A model generated the notes under the pieces. The model did not search any database, had not been told where the DNA came from, and saw only the letters and a list, made by a program, of their open reading frames with translations. The position numbers and the translations under genes were made by a program. A stretch of 64,000 nt of DNA, taken from Camelus dromedarius. Taxonomy: Eukaryota. Positions 37,431-51,162 of the stretch are shown here, in pieces. Each line of letters starts with the position of its first letter. Positions within the stretch are counted from its first letter, which is position 1. The stretch covers positions 65,040,001 to 65,104,000 of the forward strand of contig NC_087437.1 of NCBI RefSeq assembly GCF_036321535.1, written 5' to 3'.

Positions 37431-38129
37431 GTTATTGTTTTTGAGAATTTACTGTCATGCAACACTTTAGGACCATCCTTGGTAGCTGCCTTCTATTCTA
37501 ACTCTTGAATTATTCTAAGAGGTAGTAATTATTATTTTGTTTACAGATAAGAAAGCTTGTTCAGGGAAGCCCAGTCCTCTGACTTTGTGGTCTTTATCCT
37601 CATCATCTGTGTCATCTTTATGACATTTAACATATTTTACATAATTAAATATTTTATTTTACATATGAGTATATATGGGTATGTGTGTATACTTTTCCAA
37701 CCAGAACATGAGTGAGGAATCTGCTGTATAAAATCTTTGTGACCCTTGCATCTAACATAGGATTATGCACACTTTTGGTGATGATGATAATGTTTCAGTG
37801 ATGTTTTGTTACATTAGCCAGTGGGCAAGAACAGTGTTTTAAGCCTGTTTTATCTTAAAAAGGCTTTCAACTAGAAATCTGAGGTTTCCATTTACTAACA
37901 AGGAGAAAAGCAGAGCATCAAGAAATTGAGGTTTTGGAATGCCCAAAGTTTGTATATTTATTAATTCTTTCAACATTTATTAGTATTAAATACCTACCAC
38001 ATCCCAAGCACTAGTCTAGCCTTTAGGAATATACCAGTGAACCAAAGAGATAAGAAGGTGGCCACCGAGGATGGTATGAGTTTTGCCCTCATGAAGCTTA
38101 CCTTCTAATGAGAATTTTCTCTCATCATA

Positions 38130-39140
38130 TGTTGAAATGAACTATATTGTACTAGCCCAGGAATAAACAGATACATTAATGAACTAAATAGAATCCAAAA
38201 ATATACCCAAGTGACGTTTCAGGTTGTTTCTGTTGTATGCATTCATGATAAGTTACCTCAGGAATTTATGACAGTTACGTGCACTTGTTCTTTTCCACCA
38301 ATCTGTAACCTCATCTAACTTAAAAAATTTAATTAGCTTCCTTACACCATTCACAAAAATAACTTACATGTGAATTGAAGATATAAATAAAGCTATAAGT
38401 AAATGAAGATATAAGTAACACAAAACCATAAAAACAATTTAAAAAGTGAGAATATATTTTAACTTTTAAGATAGAAAGGACCTTTCTAAACATGACATCA
38501 AAGGCAAAAGCCATAGAGGGAAAGATTGTTATACTTGACTACATAAAAATTGTAAAACTATGGTAAAACTATAATCAGACTTAAAAAAAAAGTCAGGCAA
38601 GGAGAAAATGTTTACAGCCAGTATAAAAGATTAAGGGTTCACATCCATCTGTGAAAAGCTTAAAGCTTCTACAAAATAATAAGACAAGCCAATAGAAAAA
38701 TTGTTGGGGAATATGAATAGAAAAATATATAAAAGAAGAAATGGCCAGTGAACATGAAAGCTTCCTAACCTCCCAATTATCAAAGAAATAGAAATTAAAA
38801 CAAGATTATAACCATTTTTCACCCAGCAGATTGGCAAAAACATAAAATATAACATTATGTATTAGTGAATGTATAGTAAAATGATCACCTTTGTACATTG
38901 TTGGAAATATAAATTGGAACACTCATTTTGGAAAAAAATTTGGTATCTAATCAAAAATTTCAAAATATGTATCTTCCTACCCAGCCACCTGACTTCAAGG
39001 GAAATTCAGCCTGCAAAGTACTATCATGAGTACGTAAAAACTTGTACTTTGATATTCATTGCAGCATTGCTTGTAATAGCATACACTAAATGACTTCTAA
39101 TAGAGGAGATGTTTAAATATATTTTGATGCACTCTAGAAA
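38130..39140 (+). mobile_element. Old L1 (L1ME-type) ORF2 3' remnant
   Basis: Degenerate ORF2 peptides in ORF 38869..39093 (VHCWKYKLEHSFWKK...IFIAALLVIA). Confidence 0.65.
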
Positions 39141-39429
39141 GAATGCAATATCCATTCCCTTGGAAAGTTTTATGCCTACTATGTGCCACAAGTGGTGTTG
39201 GGCTTGCTTTAAAAATATTTCCAAAAAACTTGTTTTTTGATGATTTATATTTTACCTATTAAGGAATGATCTTTGGATCCATGTATTATGGCCAACTCTT
39301 CAGTATAAAGAATGAACTGTAGTACCAGTTATGAAGAATAATAGCTTAAAAAGTGAGTTAGGGAAAACAAGTGAGTCAGAAGTTGGTCATTTGGGAATAT
39401 GTTTTGTGTTTCTTACTCTTTTACATGGG

Positions 39430-39680
39430 AGGCAATATAATGAACATTATATAAAATGGTAAACTAATCTGGATTTGTATACTGACTCCACCACATCATG
39501 CTGGTAGAACCATGACAAGTTTATTAACTTCTTTGAGCTTTACTTTTTTAAAATCTGTAAAATGGAGATGATTACAGGCCCTACCTCATAGTCCTGTTGT
39601 GAGGGCTAATAAGATAATGCATTGCAAAGCACTTAGCACAATGCTTAGTTCATAGTAAACACTTAATATATGTTAGCTTT
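39430..39680 (+). mobile_element. MIR SINE
   Basis: atctgtaaaatggagatgattac...cctacctcatagtcctgttgtgagg...aaagcacttagcacaatgc. Confidence 0.8.
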
Positions 39681-39885
39681 CATTAATTCTAAGTAAGTAA
39701 AGATTTTACTTTTTAAAAAATGATATCTTTGAGGTTTGAATGCCTTAAATTAAAACTTTTATGAAGAAAAATTTTAGCAATAAAATTGTAATGTGGATTT
39801 TTTTAAAATTTTAAGACAATTGATTTTATTCATTATGCTATTTATAAACAAGCTTTGGTTATCTTTTAATAACATTTATGAGTTG

Positions 39886-40437
39886 TGTGTTGGAGATCCC
39901 CAAGACCTGCTCCATGTTCAGTGATTTGCTAGGAGGGCTCATAGTTCCCAGGATATAATTACATTCATGGCTATGACTTATTACAGTGAAAGGATAAAAG
40001 CAAGATTGGCAAAGGGAAAAGGCACATAAGGTGAAATTCAGAGGAAATAGGTGCAAACTTCCACGGGTCCTCTTCCAGTGGAGTCACATAAGACAGCTTA
40101 ATTCCTCCTACAATGTGTTGTAATAACATGTTGAAGTGTTGCCTACTAGGGTAACTCACTAGAGACTCAGTGACCAGAGTCTTTATCGAATGGTGGTCAT
40201 GTGGGCATCCTCTGCTACCACATACCAGAATTCCAAACTTCAGGAAGGAAAGCAGGTGTTCAGCATAAACCATGTCGTTTTTACAAACGGATTAGGCCAG
40301 TTGGTCACTCTTACTAGGAAACTGGTGGAAACAGTTCTGAAATCCAAGTGCCTAGACACCAGCCACGGGCCAACCTTGTAAGGAGATCTTTAAAAAATGA
40401 TAGCAGTCTTAGGCTTGTGTTAGCTCTTTTCTGTACA
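39886..40437 (-). mobile_element. Solo LTR, MER21-like
   Basis: Ends tgtgttggagatccccaagacc and tagctcttttctgtaca match reverse-complement MER21 termini (TG...CA); about 350 nt upstream of the first IQCB1 coding exon. Confidence 0.75.
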
Positions 40438-40795
40438 CTCAGTTTCTCTTTTATGATAAAGGAAAATTAATTCCTAACCTAGTATTGTTGTGCAGATTAG
40501 AGAGAGTGAATGTTAAGCACAGTTTTTGACTCTTAGTGAGTGTATAATAAACAGTACCTCCTGTAGCTGTTATGACAAGGTATGATGATCTCTAGCTCTT
40601 TTACAGATATACTAGTTGGGAAAACCAGAGTTTGCTATAAGGAAGAAATGAGAAAAATCTACCCTTCACTTCTCAACCAAGCAAAATGGTTTTCATTTAT
40701 ACTGAAACTGTATTTCAGATATATAGAGGGTGAATATATGAGGGCTGTTTGATCTTTATTTTTCTGATTCTGCTAAAATATAGGTGGTATGAGAA

Positions 40796-40895
40796 ATGAA
40801 GCCAACAGGTACAGACCCAAGGATCTTATCTCTAGCTGCTGAAGTTGCAAACAGTCCTGAGCAGAATGTCCCTGTTATACTGTTGAGGTTAAAAG
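40796..40895 (+). CDS. IQCB1: IQ calmodulin-binding motif-containing protein 1 (nephrocystin-5), first coding exon (MKPTGTDPRILSLAAEVANSPEQNVPVILLRLK); exon starts at 40784
   Basis: Acceptor atag|GTGG at 40783/40784, ATG at 40796, donor G|GTAAGA; 100 coding nt. N-terminus recognised as IQCB1/NPHP5. Confidence 0.97.
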
Positions 40896-41128
40896 GTAAG
40901 AAAATCTTTCTGTGATTGTCTAACACTTCTTAAGTAACAGTTCCATCATGGATACAATTTTAGAATTTGTTTTTAATTTGTTCAGTGAAATCTTAAAGTT
41001 GAGATAAAGCAGTGATGGCTTTTTCCTTTTTTAGTGTATTTTTAGTTATTATTCAACCTATAAAAATACAGATAGCTCTTGGTTTTATTGAGCAAAAAAT
41101 AAGTATATCTTATTTCCTTTTGCCTTAG

Positions 41129-41291
41129 AAATAATGAATAACACACCTTTAGGAAGCTCAGAGTTGAAGAAAATCAAACAAGATATATATTGTTATGATC
41201 TCATTCAGTATTGCCTCTTGGTCCTCAGTCAAGATTGTTCTCGAATCCAGGGTGGTTGGACTACTATTTCCCAGCTTACACAGATATTAAG
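41129..41291 (+). CDS. IQCB1: IQCB1 coding exon 2 (EIMNNTPLGSSELKKIKQDIYCYDLIQYCLLVLSQDCSRIQGGWTTISQLTQIL)
   Basis: ttag|AA ... AG|GTAAAA; 163 nt, in frame. Confidence 0.97.
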
Positions 41292-43238
41292 GTAAAATGA
41301 TGTAGTAAGTTAGCTTGTTCTTGAGGGATATAGTAATATATTCTTACGTTCAACATTTTCTTCCTTTTCTTCATCTGCCTAACAAGCATTGGCAACCTTC
41401 CATGGTAGGTTATGGTTGTACTTTTCCTTCATAATCTGTGTTATTTTTCCTAGCTGTGTATGGGAGTATGCCACTGTCTAAAATTTTACTCCATGTGCTT
41501 GATGAAGATGGTGATCTTGTCTTTTGCTCATCACTGAATCTCAAGTGCCTAACAGACTATTGACTAAGAAATATTGAAAAAATGAGAAGATTAAGGCACT
41601 GACTCTTATACTGAAAAAACTTACAATAGAGATGAGATGACAGTCATGTGAATTGATCATACAAGGCCGAATGAAATAGGTGCCGAAATGGAAGGCATAG
41701 CAAAGTACTATGGGAGAACAGCTACAGAAACGATTCATTTCACAATATATTGATTTAGCTATCTTAACTGTATATTTCATTAAATAACCCAAAATCCTAT
41801 CAATAAAATTTAGAAGCATCATTTACCGATCTACTGCCATTCTAGAAATTAAGAGAAAAGAGATCAAAATCTTTTTTTTATAAGAAGCAATAAAATAAAC
41901 CAGCTGTTCTCAGTGTCTAAGCCACTTCCTAATTAACTGAAAATGTACATTACTAATTGGATCTTAGCTTTCGAAAGCGCTTACTCATAATTTGTTTTAG
42001 ATAAAGGCCAGATTCAAGGTGTACAGTTAGGAAAAACAGTTAACAAATGTATATAATATTTTTATACTTTAATTTTCAAGGTTAATTATTTCCTTAAGTA
42101 AATAAAGCCTTATGGCTTTGTTTTGTTAGATATGTTTGCTCATGAAAATATTGATTGAGCTAGGCTTTCAGAAGTGGAATCCAAGTCTTAAATCCCCATG
42201 TTTGTGAATGTACAAAGAACATAATTTCATTTATTAATGTTCTTAATCAAAATAGATTCTTAATTAACTTTCAAACCAAAGAAAAAAGAGAAACTGATGC
42301 ATGTAAGTCTGTTGACCTTGGGAATTGATATGCAAAAAAAAAAAAATGACACATTGAGCATTAGTCAGTTTTTAGCATACTCAATATATAGTCACTGTTG
42401 CTCATCAGTGTCTGCACATTTTGTGGAAGAGCCTTAAACAGCAGTACCTACTCATTAGAGTACACACATAGAGACCATTCTTTGCATGGGGACTTTCTTT
42501 GGTATTAGTCTGTACAAATTCTTTTTATTACTGAAACTTCTGAATATACTCATTTCATGTCCAAGGAATGACTACGTGTGGTTTCCAGAGGACTCATTTC
42601 TCTAAACGACGTATATTGTACACCTCTCTCTTCTCTTTTTCAATGTATAGTCTCTCTTTCAATGTATATTGTAGAGTGTTCTACTAGAGTTTTTGCCACT
42701 TCCTTTTCAGATGTAGGGAATATGCAATCAAATATTTTGCAGATTTTAGGAAAGTAGATCTATTGGAAAGAGTTGGTATAAAATTAGAGTTTTTGATTTC
42801 CTAATCTATCCCTTACAGACTAATACTACCCTATTTTTCAGCTAACAGATGTCTAAAATGTATCAGTTAACACAAATGTTATTCCTGAATTAGACTTTCA
42901 AAGTATCCTATTGCTTTTAGGTGTTTGTATGCCATTCACTGAAAACTTGCCTCTTTCTCTTTATTGTGAGCCAGCTGTGTTTTGTTTCCTGAAGGATTGA
43001 CAAGTAGATTTTTAGGACATACGAATTCTGTCTCTAAGTACAGGCATGGTTCACACCACTGTTTACTTTTCTAGAAAGTTGTTGTATTGATTTTCCAGCA
43101 GAAGTTCTTTATTGCCTTGGCAACAAAAGAGAGATGCTAAAAGTTCTCATTAAGGCATGGTGTCTATAAAAACTTTAGCATTCAACTATAATTTACAATT
43201 AACATAAACTGAGTCACAAACTTGTGCTCTCATTTCAG

Positions 43239-43368
43239 CCATTGCTGTGTGGGCTTGGAGCCAGGAGAAGATGCAGAGGAATTTTACAATGAATTACTTC
43301 CATCGGCTGCAGAAAATTTTCTGATTTTGGGGAGGCGATTGCAAACATGTTTCATCAACGCATCTAAG
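43239..43368 (+). CDS. IQCB1: IQCB1 coding exon 3 (SHCCVGLEPGEDAEEFYNELLPSAAENFLILGRRLQTCFINASK)
   Basis: ttcag|CC ... AAG|GTATAT; 130 nt, in frame. Confidence 0.97.
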
Positions 43369-44083
43369 GTATATGTATTTATTTAGGGTTTTGCGTCTTG
43401 TAGAAAAAAACAATTGAATTCTTGAGAAGATGTTCCACATTGTTTTTCAAATGTGCAATATTTGGCTGAAAGTACAATTAGAGTAATAGATTCAAACATT
43501 TTTAAAACTGCAACCAAATAAAAAAAAATCTTTACGTTTGAAAATTTTGAAGTGCTGACTGAAACATCCTGTATAACAGTATGCTTTTTGAAGGATCTGC
43601 TTTAGGACTGAATTTTGAGCAGCACTCATTAGACACATATTTCCACAGCATCTTCCTAAAACGTACTTTCTACTTAACAGTAGAGGAAAATATTGTTCTC
43701 TGGGCCCAAGGCTTTTCTTCATAGTGCCAATGGTGAAGAAGAAAAAAGGTGAACTTTCTGTTTGATCTTTCAAATCCTCTTTAGTCAAAATATTTCAACC
43801 CAAACAGGATTCATTTCAAGCCAAGAAGTATTTCTTGGGTGAATTGTGCTGGATGCTATGTTTCCCTTTTTTTTTTGCGGGGTGTGGGGGGCATGGATTA
43901 TTTAGAAGTATGTTGCTTAGTTTCCAAATATTTGAGGATTTTCTTTATGTTTTATTGTTATCAATTTCTAATTTTTTTCTGTCATAGTCAGATAACATAC
44001 TCTGTGTCATTTCAATCCTTTGAAATGTTTCCAGACTTATTTTATGGCTCTCCATATGTTTTATATTGGTGAATGTTCCATTA

Positions 44084-44195
44084 CAAACAGTCCTTGATAT
44101 CCAGTGCTATCTTAACTGGTATCAGAACCATGTAAAGGTTTTGATATACACAAATTTCGTTTAATGTGGTACCATGCAAAAGCAAGGATGCCCTG
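44084..44195. mobile_element. Small Tigger-type MITE inserted in an old minus-strand L1 remnant (about 43890-44270)
   Basis: TA on both flanks; imperfect TIRs caaacagtccttg and caaggatgccctg. L1 text (gaatgttccat...tacttgaa) resumes across it. Confidence 0.45.
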
Positions 44196-45697
44196 TATAC
44201 TTGAATGTGAACTCTGCAGTTGTTGTGTATAATGTTCTGTGAATGTCAATTAGATCAGTTTGGTTATGTAGAATTTATAAGGGGTGATAAGTCTGCAAGG
44301 ATGAAACTCCTTTACTTTGAAAGAGTTCTTGGCTATATATATTTATAGGCATATTGCCACCTCAGAGATTGAGCAGATTGACAGCTTTTGTGAATTATGA
44401 AGGGAAATAGCTTGTCACTGTGGGATGTTAAGTTTCATTTGAGATGCTTTGAGTATATAAGGAATTGACAGTCTTGCATTTAAAAAACTCTCAGACTAAT
44501 GAAGTAGGTAAAATCTTTAGATATTTCTTATGGAGAACCTAAGACAGATATATTTTTGATTCAAAAACAATAAAAAATTGTAAGAGTGAAACTGAGCAAG
44601 ATGTACAATAATATGGAGAAAAAAGTGGTTTGAGTGTGAGAAGTATTGTCAGCAGAGAATTTAACTTAGTGATAGAGCATACAGGTCCCAAATACCACTT
44701 CTAGCATCTCCACTGACATTTTGAGGGAAGCTAGCAGTAAATAAACATTTGCATATTTGCTGGGCTTAATTCAGTTCAGTCCAATTAAAGCAACGTGAAC
44801 TATGGAAATTGTGTTGGGCTTGATTTCTTTTTCTGGCTGTGTCACCGACTGACTCTGGGTTCTGAGGCAAACTACTTGATTTCACTGTACCTCAGTCTCC
44901 TCCTTTGTGAAATGAATTTCCATCTCATGAATAGTTCAGACCATTATGAAAACTTTATGTTTTTCTCAAAGTACTTTTATTTAATATTCTCCACTTAAGA
45001 GCAATAATAATTATATTCTTTTCATTTAAATAGTCCTTCAGTACTTTTCATAATACTTTCCTACTCTTTATTATGGAATTTGTGGAGAGATAAAAAATCT
45101 TTAGTATATACATCAAAGGGAGTAAATCAGCTACAAAAAAGAGGGCCACTTGACCCCAGAGCAAAGTAAAATGGTGGATAAAAAGATGAGAGAGGATTCA
45201 GTGCACAGACACAGGCCGGGCACAGGGAAAGTGTCCAGAATCCAGGCAGGAAGCTGCTTTCTCAGTTCATGACTCAGGTTCCTATGGAGCAGGTGCTGGT
45301 GTGATGGACAAGCTGGTTGGGCAGGAGGACCAACTCTCCTTGCTCTGTAAGCTCAGTTTCTGCCCCTGAGCCCATATGCTTCCCCCCATAGCACTCATTT
45401 CTTGATAGGTTATCATGGCAAAAGGGAAGCACAGAAAAAGTTAATTATCAATACAGAATAAAATAAAACAATTTGGACTTTGGATTAAAGGTAATTAAAA
45501 TTCTGTTTCTAATGTTGAAAAAAAAGATGACAAGAAAACTGAATTTATCTAGTAGTTCTATCTACCTGGGTGTTTCCCAGTCATAAATGTATTTTTTAAT
45601 TGTCTGGCATATAGGTAAGTAGAGCATATGGTGGGACATACACAGGATGTTATAGCCTAAATTGCAAACTTATTAAAATATACTTACATGTATACAT

Positions 45698-45742
45698 GCA
45701 CACACACACAGACACACAGACACACACACACACACACACACA
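45698..45742. repeat. (CA)n microsatellite with CAGA interruptions
   Basis: Directly visible. Confidence 0.9.
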
Positions 45743-46524
45743 GTCTATCTATAAGAATAGAAGAATACCCATGCCAGAATTTTGAAGAGGCTTAAGGGTA
45801 AATTTTGTTAACCGAGTCTCAAAGGCTGTGAATTTATGCGTGACATTATCTAATGGGTTTTTAAAGGAAAGTATTAAGTATAGGAGCTCAGCACTATCTT
45901 TTGAGGTTATCAGCAATGAGGATTGCTGTGCCCTTTCTGCTGCTTCCGTGAAACTGGCTAAGGCAGTTTATTGGACTAAAGGGATTCTTGGTCTAATCTG
46001 ACACTTCTTTCTTTTTAAATTATTGTAATATTTGTTAGTACTTGTCTGTTAAAGCACTTATCTAATCCTGTGCTAGAGTAATAGAAAGAAAATACTTTGA
46101 TTATTATGAGGAGTAATCATAGCAATCATGTTTTTGCTGTTGTCACTATTTTTGTGCCACAGTACATTCAGGACATGGATAAGATTGGTGGCCTTTATAC
46201 AGCTTTCCACTGAAGTTTCATGGCCAGAAAAGACAGAATTGTGAATGGAATCTGTTTCTTATTTCCCATTGTGTTGCATACTCTAATCTAGAATAATTTC
46301 TGACCCTACTTTCCAGAAAGAAAGAAGCAGAAATAATTGTCATTTATTTACTGGATAAATATTGATTGAACATTTACTGTGTGTCAGAACTGTTTTAGAC
46401 ACAGGGTGTATACTGGAGAGGTAAATAACATGGTCTCTGCCCTCATGGAGTCATAGAGTAGAAGCTGCAACTGAAATGCACTAATAATAGTGCTTTACAT
46501 GCTAACATCTACGTTTGCATACTG

Positions 46525-46708
46525 CAGTGATTTTCAGCCTTGGTTGCATAGCCAAATCACCCACCTAATTCAGTAAAAATTTGATGTCAAGACTTTTGAC
46601 TTTGGAGATTCAGATTTCAGTATATTTGTGCTAAAGCCTTTACATAGGAATATTTTTTAAAGCTCCTGAGATGATTCTTATGTATAGCTAGTGTTGAAAA
46701 ATCCTAGC
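46525..46708. mobile_element. MER5-like hAT MITE
   Basis: cagtgattttcagccttggttgcat...aatcacc...gagattcagatttcag...aagctcctgagatgattct...ttgaaaaatcctag. Confidence 0.6.
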
Positions 46709-46965
46709 ATATAAACTTGTATTTCTTATACTACTTATATTGTCTTATTTACCTCTGGATAACAACCATTTCTGTTAAGTAGAGCAAGTATCATAAGCCT
46801 GTAGCCACAGTTTTTTAAATTAAAAAACTAAAAGCTACAAGGTCATGGACCTCATAAATAGCTACGATAGATCCAGAAACCAGGTCCTGTGATTCCACAG
46901 AGTGGTCTTTAAAAAAAAAAAACAATTACAGAAAAGTAAATTGGGTTTTTTGTGTATATGTTAAG

Positions 46966-47059
46966 GGTGAAGAAAAAGATGCATTACTACACTTTTTCCA
47001 AATTGTGACTGATTCTCTTTTCTGGCTATTGGGAGGCCATGTTCAACTCATCCAAAATG
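46966..47059 (+). CDS. IQCB1: IQCB1 coding exon 4 (GEEKDALLHFFQIVTDSLFWLLGGHVQLIQN)
   Basis: ttaag|GGT ... G|GTAAGA; 94 nt, in frame. Confidence 0.96.
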
Positions 47060-47351
47060 GTAAGAGAAAAGATTTTTCATATAACTGATAGTCATTGTAG
47101 AGTCACCTGCTAACAGTTTGATTTTTTTTTCCTAAAAATAAATACCTCATTAACTACAGATAACCACAGTTAAATGAAACCACATTGAAATAACCCCACA
47201 CACAAAAAAATAAAAGCGCATTTGGAGGTTCCAGCTTTAAATAGACGACATTAACAATGTGAATATTATATTAAGGGGAAATTTGCTAAAGTATGACTTT
47301 CTTCTTAGCTTTTTCTATTTAGCAAATCTAAGATAAGGATTAATAATTTTA

Positions 47352-47478
47352 TGTCCATGAATGACTGAAAAATTGCGCTGAACACTGGAAGTTGGCACAA
47401 CATTGTAAAATGATTATAAATCAATAAAAAATGTTTAAAAAATTAATTAAAAGAAAAAATATGACCAACATAAAAAAA
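47352..47478 (+). mobile_element. Very short young L1 3' end with a double tail
   Basis: Matches the 3' UTR end at 21925-22010; TSD taataatttta at 47341-47351 and 47479-47489. Confidence 0.8.
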
Positions 47479-47777
47479 TAATAATTTTAATAATTTAGGG
47501 AAAATTTTTTATGTTTCAAAGATTACAATTGTGTTTTAGACTCAGTATGAGGGTGAGAGAAATCCTTATGTACAGAGTATATATATGATTTAACTCACAG
47601 CCTAACTATTGATATAAGAGTAAGCTTTTATATAGTGACATTTTACTGAACTTCAAAGTTCCTTTCTATACTTAGCATATTTCTATACTTACACAGAGAA
47701 ATGTAAATATATGTTAGTTTCCTTAAGACTGAGAAAGTAATCCTTAATAATAATCATGATAACACTCCTACCTTCTT

Positions 47778-47900
47778 GGGGGGGGGTTATAATTTGGTTT
47801 ATTTATTTAATTTTTTTTTTTTAACGGACGTTCTGGGGATTGAATCCAGGACCCCATGCATGCTAAGCATGCACTCTACCACTTGAGCTATACCCTCCCC
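47778..47900 (-). mobile_element. tRNA-derived SINE (camelid Vic-type)
   Basis: Reverse complement of the 5393 element; TSD tcctaccttctt at 47766-47777 and 47906-47917. Confidence 0.9.
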
Positions 47901-48579
47901 ACAATTCCTACCTTCTTGAAAGATTTAATCTAAGAAAAATGTAACTATATATGAATAATAAAAGAACATTGATTTTTTTAGAGAGTAAAAATTGAACTAA
48001 ATATTACTATTTTATTTTTCACTCAGAATTATGCATGCACACAATTTAAAGAGTCAAATAGTTCTATAAAGATTGTTTAAAAAAAACGCAATCTCTGGCC
48101 CTTGGGCCTCACTCCATTTCCCACTTTCCAAAGGCAGCAATTTTCAATTAGGATAACTAATATTTTTGGTAGTTATATCCAAAATCTATATATGGATTCT
48201 ATCTATAGAAATCTATCTATTATAGAGCTAAGTAATATGCTTAAATAGTTCCTTTTTTAAAAGCATTCTCTTTTCATTTCCCAATATGGAACAAGTATAT
48301 AAAGTTCCCAATTTAAAGAACTATTTTACCAAAAATATAAAGTACTTAGACTCACTGTAGTGAGATATTAAAGACCTAGTAAAAAGAGAGACAGCGACAG
48401 AGAGAACCTTAAAAAATTTTTTAAGTATACCATATTCCTTTTCAATGATAATAATTGTAACAAAAGTGACAGTACTCCTCAGATTAATCTGAGGAGATTT
48501 AAAGTATCAATAAAGTACATATTAAAACTAAATTAAACTGGGTACAAAATTAGGATGTCCAATAACCTTTTCTCTCAAA

Positions 48580-49800
48580 AGGGTCACCTCCTTGGGGAAA
48601 TGGCTGACTATAGGTCTGGGGTCAAAAATATGCAAGATAAGCCGGAAGTATCTTGAATACTAGATAGGAAGGAAGCAGTCAAAGTCTATTAGGATTCTGT
48701 GAAAAGGACTCAGGAGCCAACATAAGAAGACTTCTAGCCAAAAGTGGGAAATTTGAACAGTAGTAAGGATAATAACTACAGTTGATTAGAACACAACAAA
48801 TATAGTGAGGCTATTAACCTTTTATGGAAAAAGTAGAGTAGTATAATGAACCCCCATGTACTCATCACTGAATTTCAACAACTATCAGCACTTTGCTAAT
48901 CTTTTTTATATATTCCTCTACCACTATTTAAAAAAATTACCATTAGAATCTGCTAGGGAACCAGTTCATTTTGAAAACTGGTAAATGAAGAATCCAGCAT
49001 TTATCCTGCCTTTTCTTACATAATGATGAGGAGAAATTTCTATCTATAAAAATATTCCAATAAGTGAAAAATGTATGATAGAATAGAGCCATTTTGCAAC
49101 CTTCAGTGAATTGACAGATCGAGGAATTAATTATCCATCACTGTCAACATCTCAAAAGGAGAGACAACCAGATATTAGTGCCTCATCATAATGGCTCATC
49201 ACAGCCTCACATATGAAATGTATATGCCAAAAAATTCAAACCTGAATCATTTCAATCCTTCAATAGCTCCAATTACCAATTTACAGAAGGTCAGAGAAAT
49301 CTTAAATTATACCCCAGGAATGCAGTTAGCAAAACTAGACTTTAGGAAGCTCATAGGACAATTGTAAATTGCAAGGGGGAAAAAGGTAGAGTAGGAACCC
49401 ATAGTTTAAAAGAAATTTAAAAGATAACCAATTACAATATGTAGGTATTATTTGGATCTTGATTTAAACAGACTTATAAAAGTTTACAACAAAACAGTTG
49501 GATATGGGAGCACTGGCTAGATATATGATGAAATCAAGGAATCATGATTATTTAGGTTAAATAATGGTTATGTTTTATTTTTTAATAATTCATAGCTATG
49601 GGGAATATATATTGAAATATTGGCGGATATGAAGATTTGATGCCTTGTATTTGCTTCAAAATAAAGTAGGCAAAAAGTGGATGGGGCAGGCTAATCAAGA
49701 TTAGCCTTGAGCTGATCATTGTTAAAGTTGAGTGACTGGTATATATTAGGTCATTACACTATTCTCTCTACTTTTATGTATGTTTGAAACTTTTATTTAA
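48580..49800 (+). mobile_element. Old L1 (L1MC-type) 3' UTR
   Basis: aaaaggactcaggagccaac..., aagaatccagcatttatcctgcctttt..., tcattacactattctctctactttt. Confidence 0.7.
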
Positions 49801-51062
49801 AGAAGTGAGCAAAAGTACCAGTTTTTGTTTGGGGGACCAAATAGTTATCTGACTGCACTTGAAAAACATAATAGGGGCTCCAAAAATAAGTTATATAAGA
49901 CAACTAGTATAAAAAGTAAGATGGAATGACTTTAATAAATTATTTTATCATAATCTTTTCCAATGTAGAAAAAAGATAAACTTATATACACACTACATAC
50001 TACATGATTTCAGTGAATCCAAAATGAAGAGTTGTTAATAAAATATCTTTAAGGAGACAAAAGTGGAAAAATATACTTATCTCAGCTACAGAAGAGAATT
50101 TTGCTATTGAATAATAGAAAATAAGAAGCCATAAAAATATTTAATAGTAGTAGAATTGTTTTTTGAAGTTGTTAAACATTAAAGGAAAATTGGTGTCTGG
50201 TGAAATATTGAAATATTGGACTACGTAAATACAAATGAAGAACAGTAGTTGATATGTGAAAGAAATCAAATATATTCACTTAGGAGATTGAAAGAGGAAA
50301 GTTGTTTTGTAGAAGCTAGTGTGGTATTCACAGAGCTGCCTTGCTAGCATCCCTGATCCCACTTAAATTTAAATTCTGATCCGCTAGTGCAGAATGGAAT
50401 AGAAACAGACATTTACTGGAAGTCTGCCCTGTTGTAGGACATTCTACCATAGCCTGTGAGAGAGCTGTTTATTTTACAGATGGAGAAATAGATGTTCTGA
50501 GAGGTTAAGCAATTTGCATAAGCATTTAGTGCCAAGTCTTCATAACTGGCTGCTTAGAGCCTAAAATTTACAAATCAATTAAAAAAAATTGTTCTGTAGT
50601 TAATGATTTTATTATTGCTTAAGATACTACCAAACATGACATATTATATAACAATTAAATTTTTTAAGTCAAGAGCCACTGATTATAGGTATCTGTATCA
50701 TTTCTGTTCCTTCATATTCTCTGTTTTTCACAGAAAATTTGATTTTGTTTACTGAAATTTACTGCTAGAAAAAGATTCAGATTTAGGATGTGTTACATCT
50801 TATTTTTAATTTAAAGGGAGATAACAATAGATTCTTAACTTAGTATTTGTGGATATTCTTTATTTGTTACTGTTTATAAAAGTGGAATAACTGTCTATTA
50901 TTTTTGGTTATTGAAACTATCTTAAAATCATCTTTTTATTGTAATGAATACAAAGGTAGGAGGTTTAGCTGAAATAAACTTTGGTTTGGTTTTGAAAGGA
51001 CAAGTAAATCCCAATTGAATCATCATAGAATCTTAATCTTTTTTTTTTTTCTCTTTATTTAG

Positions 51063-51162
51063 TATTGCAAAGTGATCATTTCTTGCACTTACTGCAAACT
51101 GACAATGTTCAAATAGGATCTACAGTCATGACTATGCTACAGAGCATACTACAGATCAAAAG
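51063..51162 (+). CDS. IQCB1: IQCB1 coding exon 5 (VLQSDHFLHLLQTDNVQIGSTVMTMLQSILQIK)
   Basis: Long T tract then tttag|TA ... AG|GTGACT; 100 nt, in frame. Confidence 0.96.
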
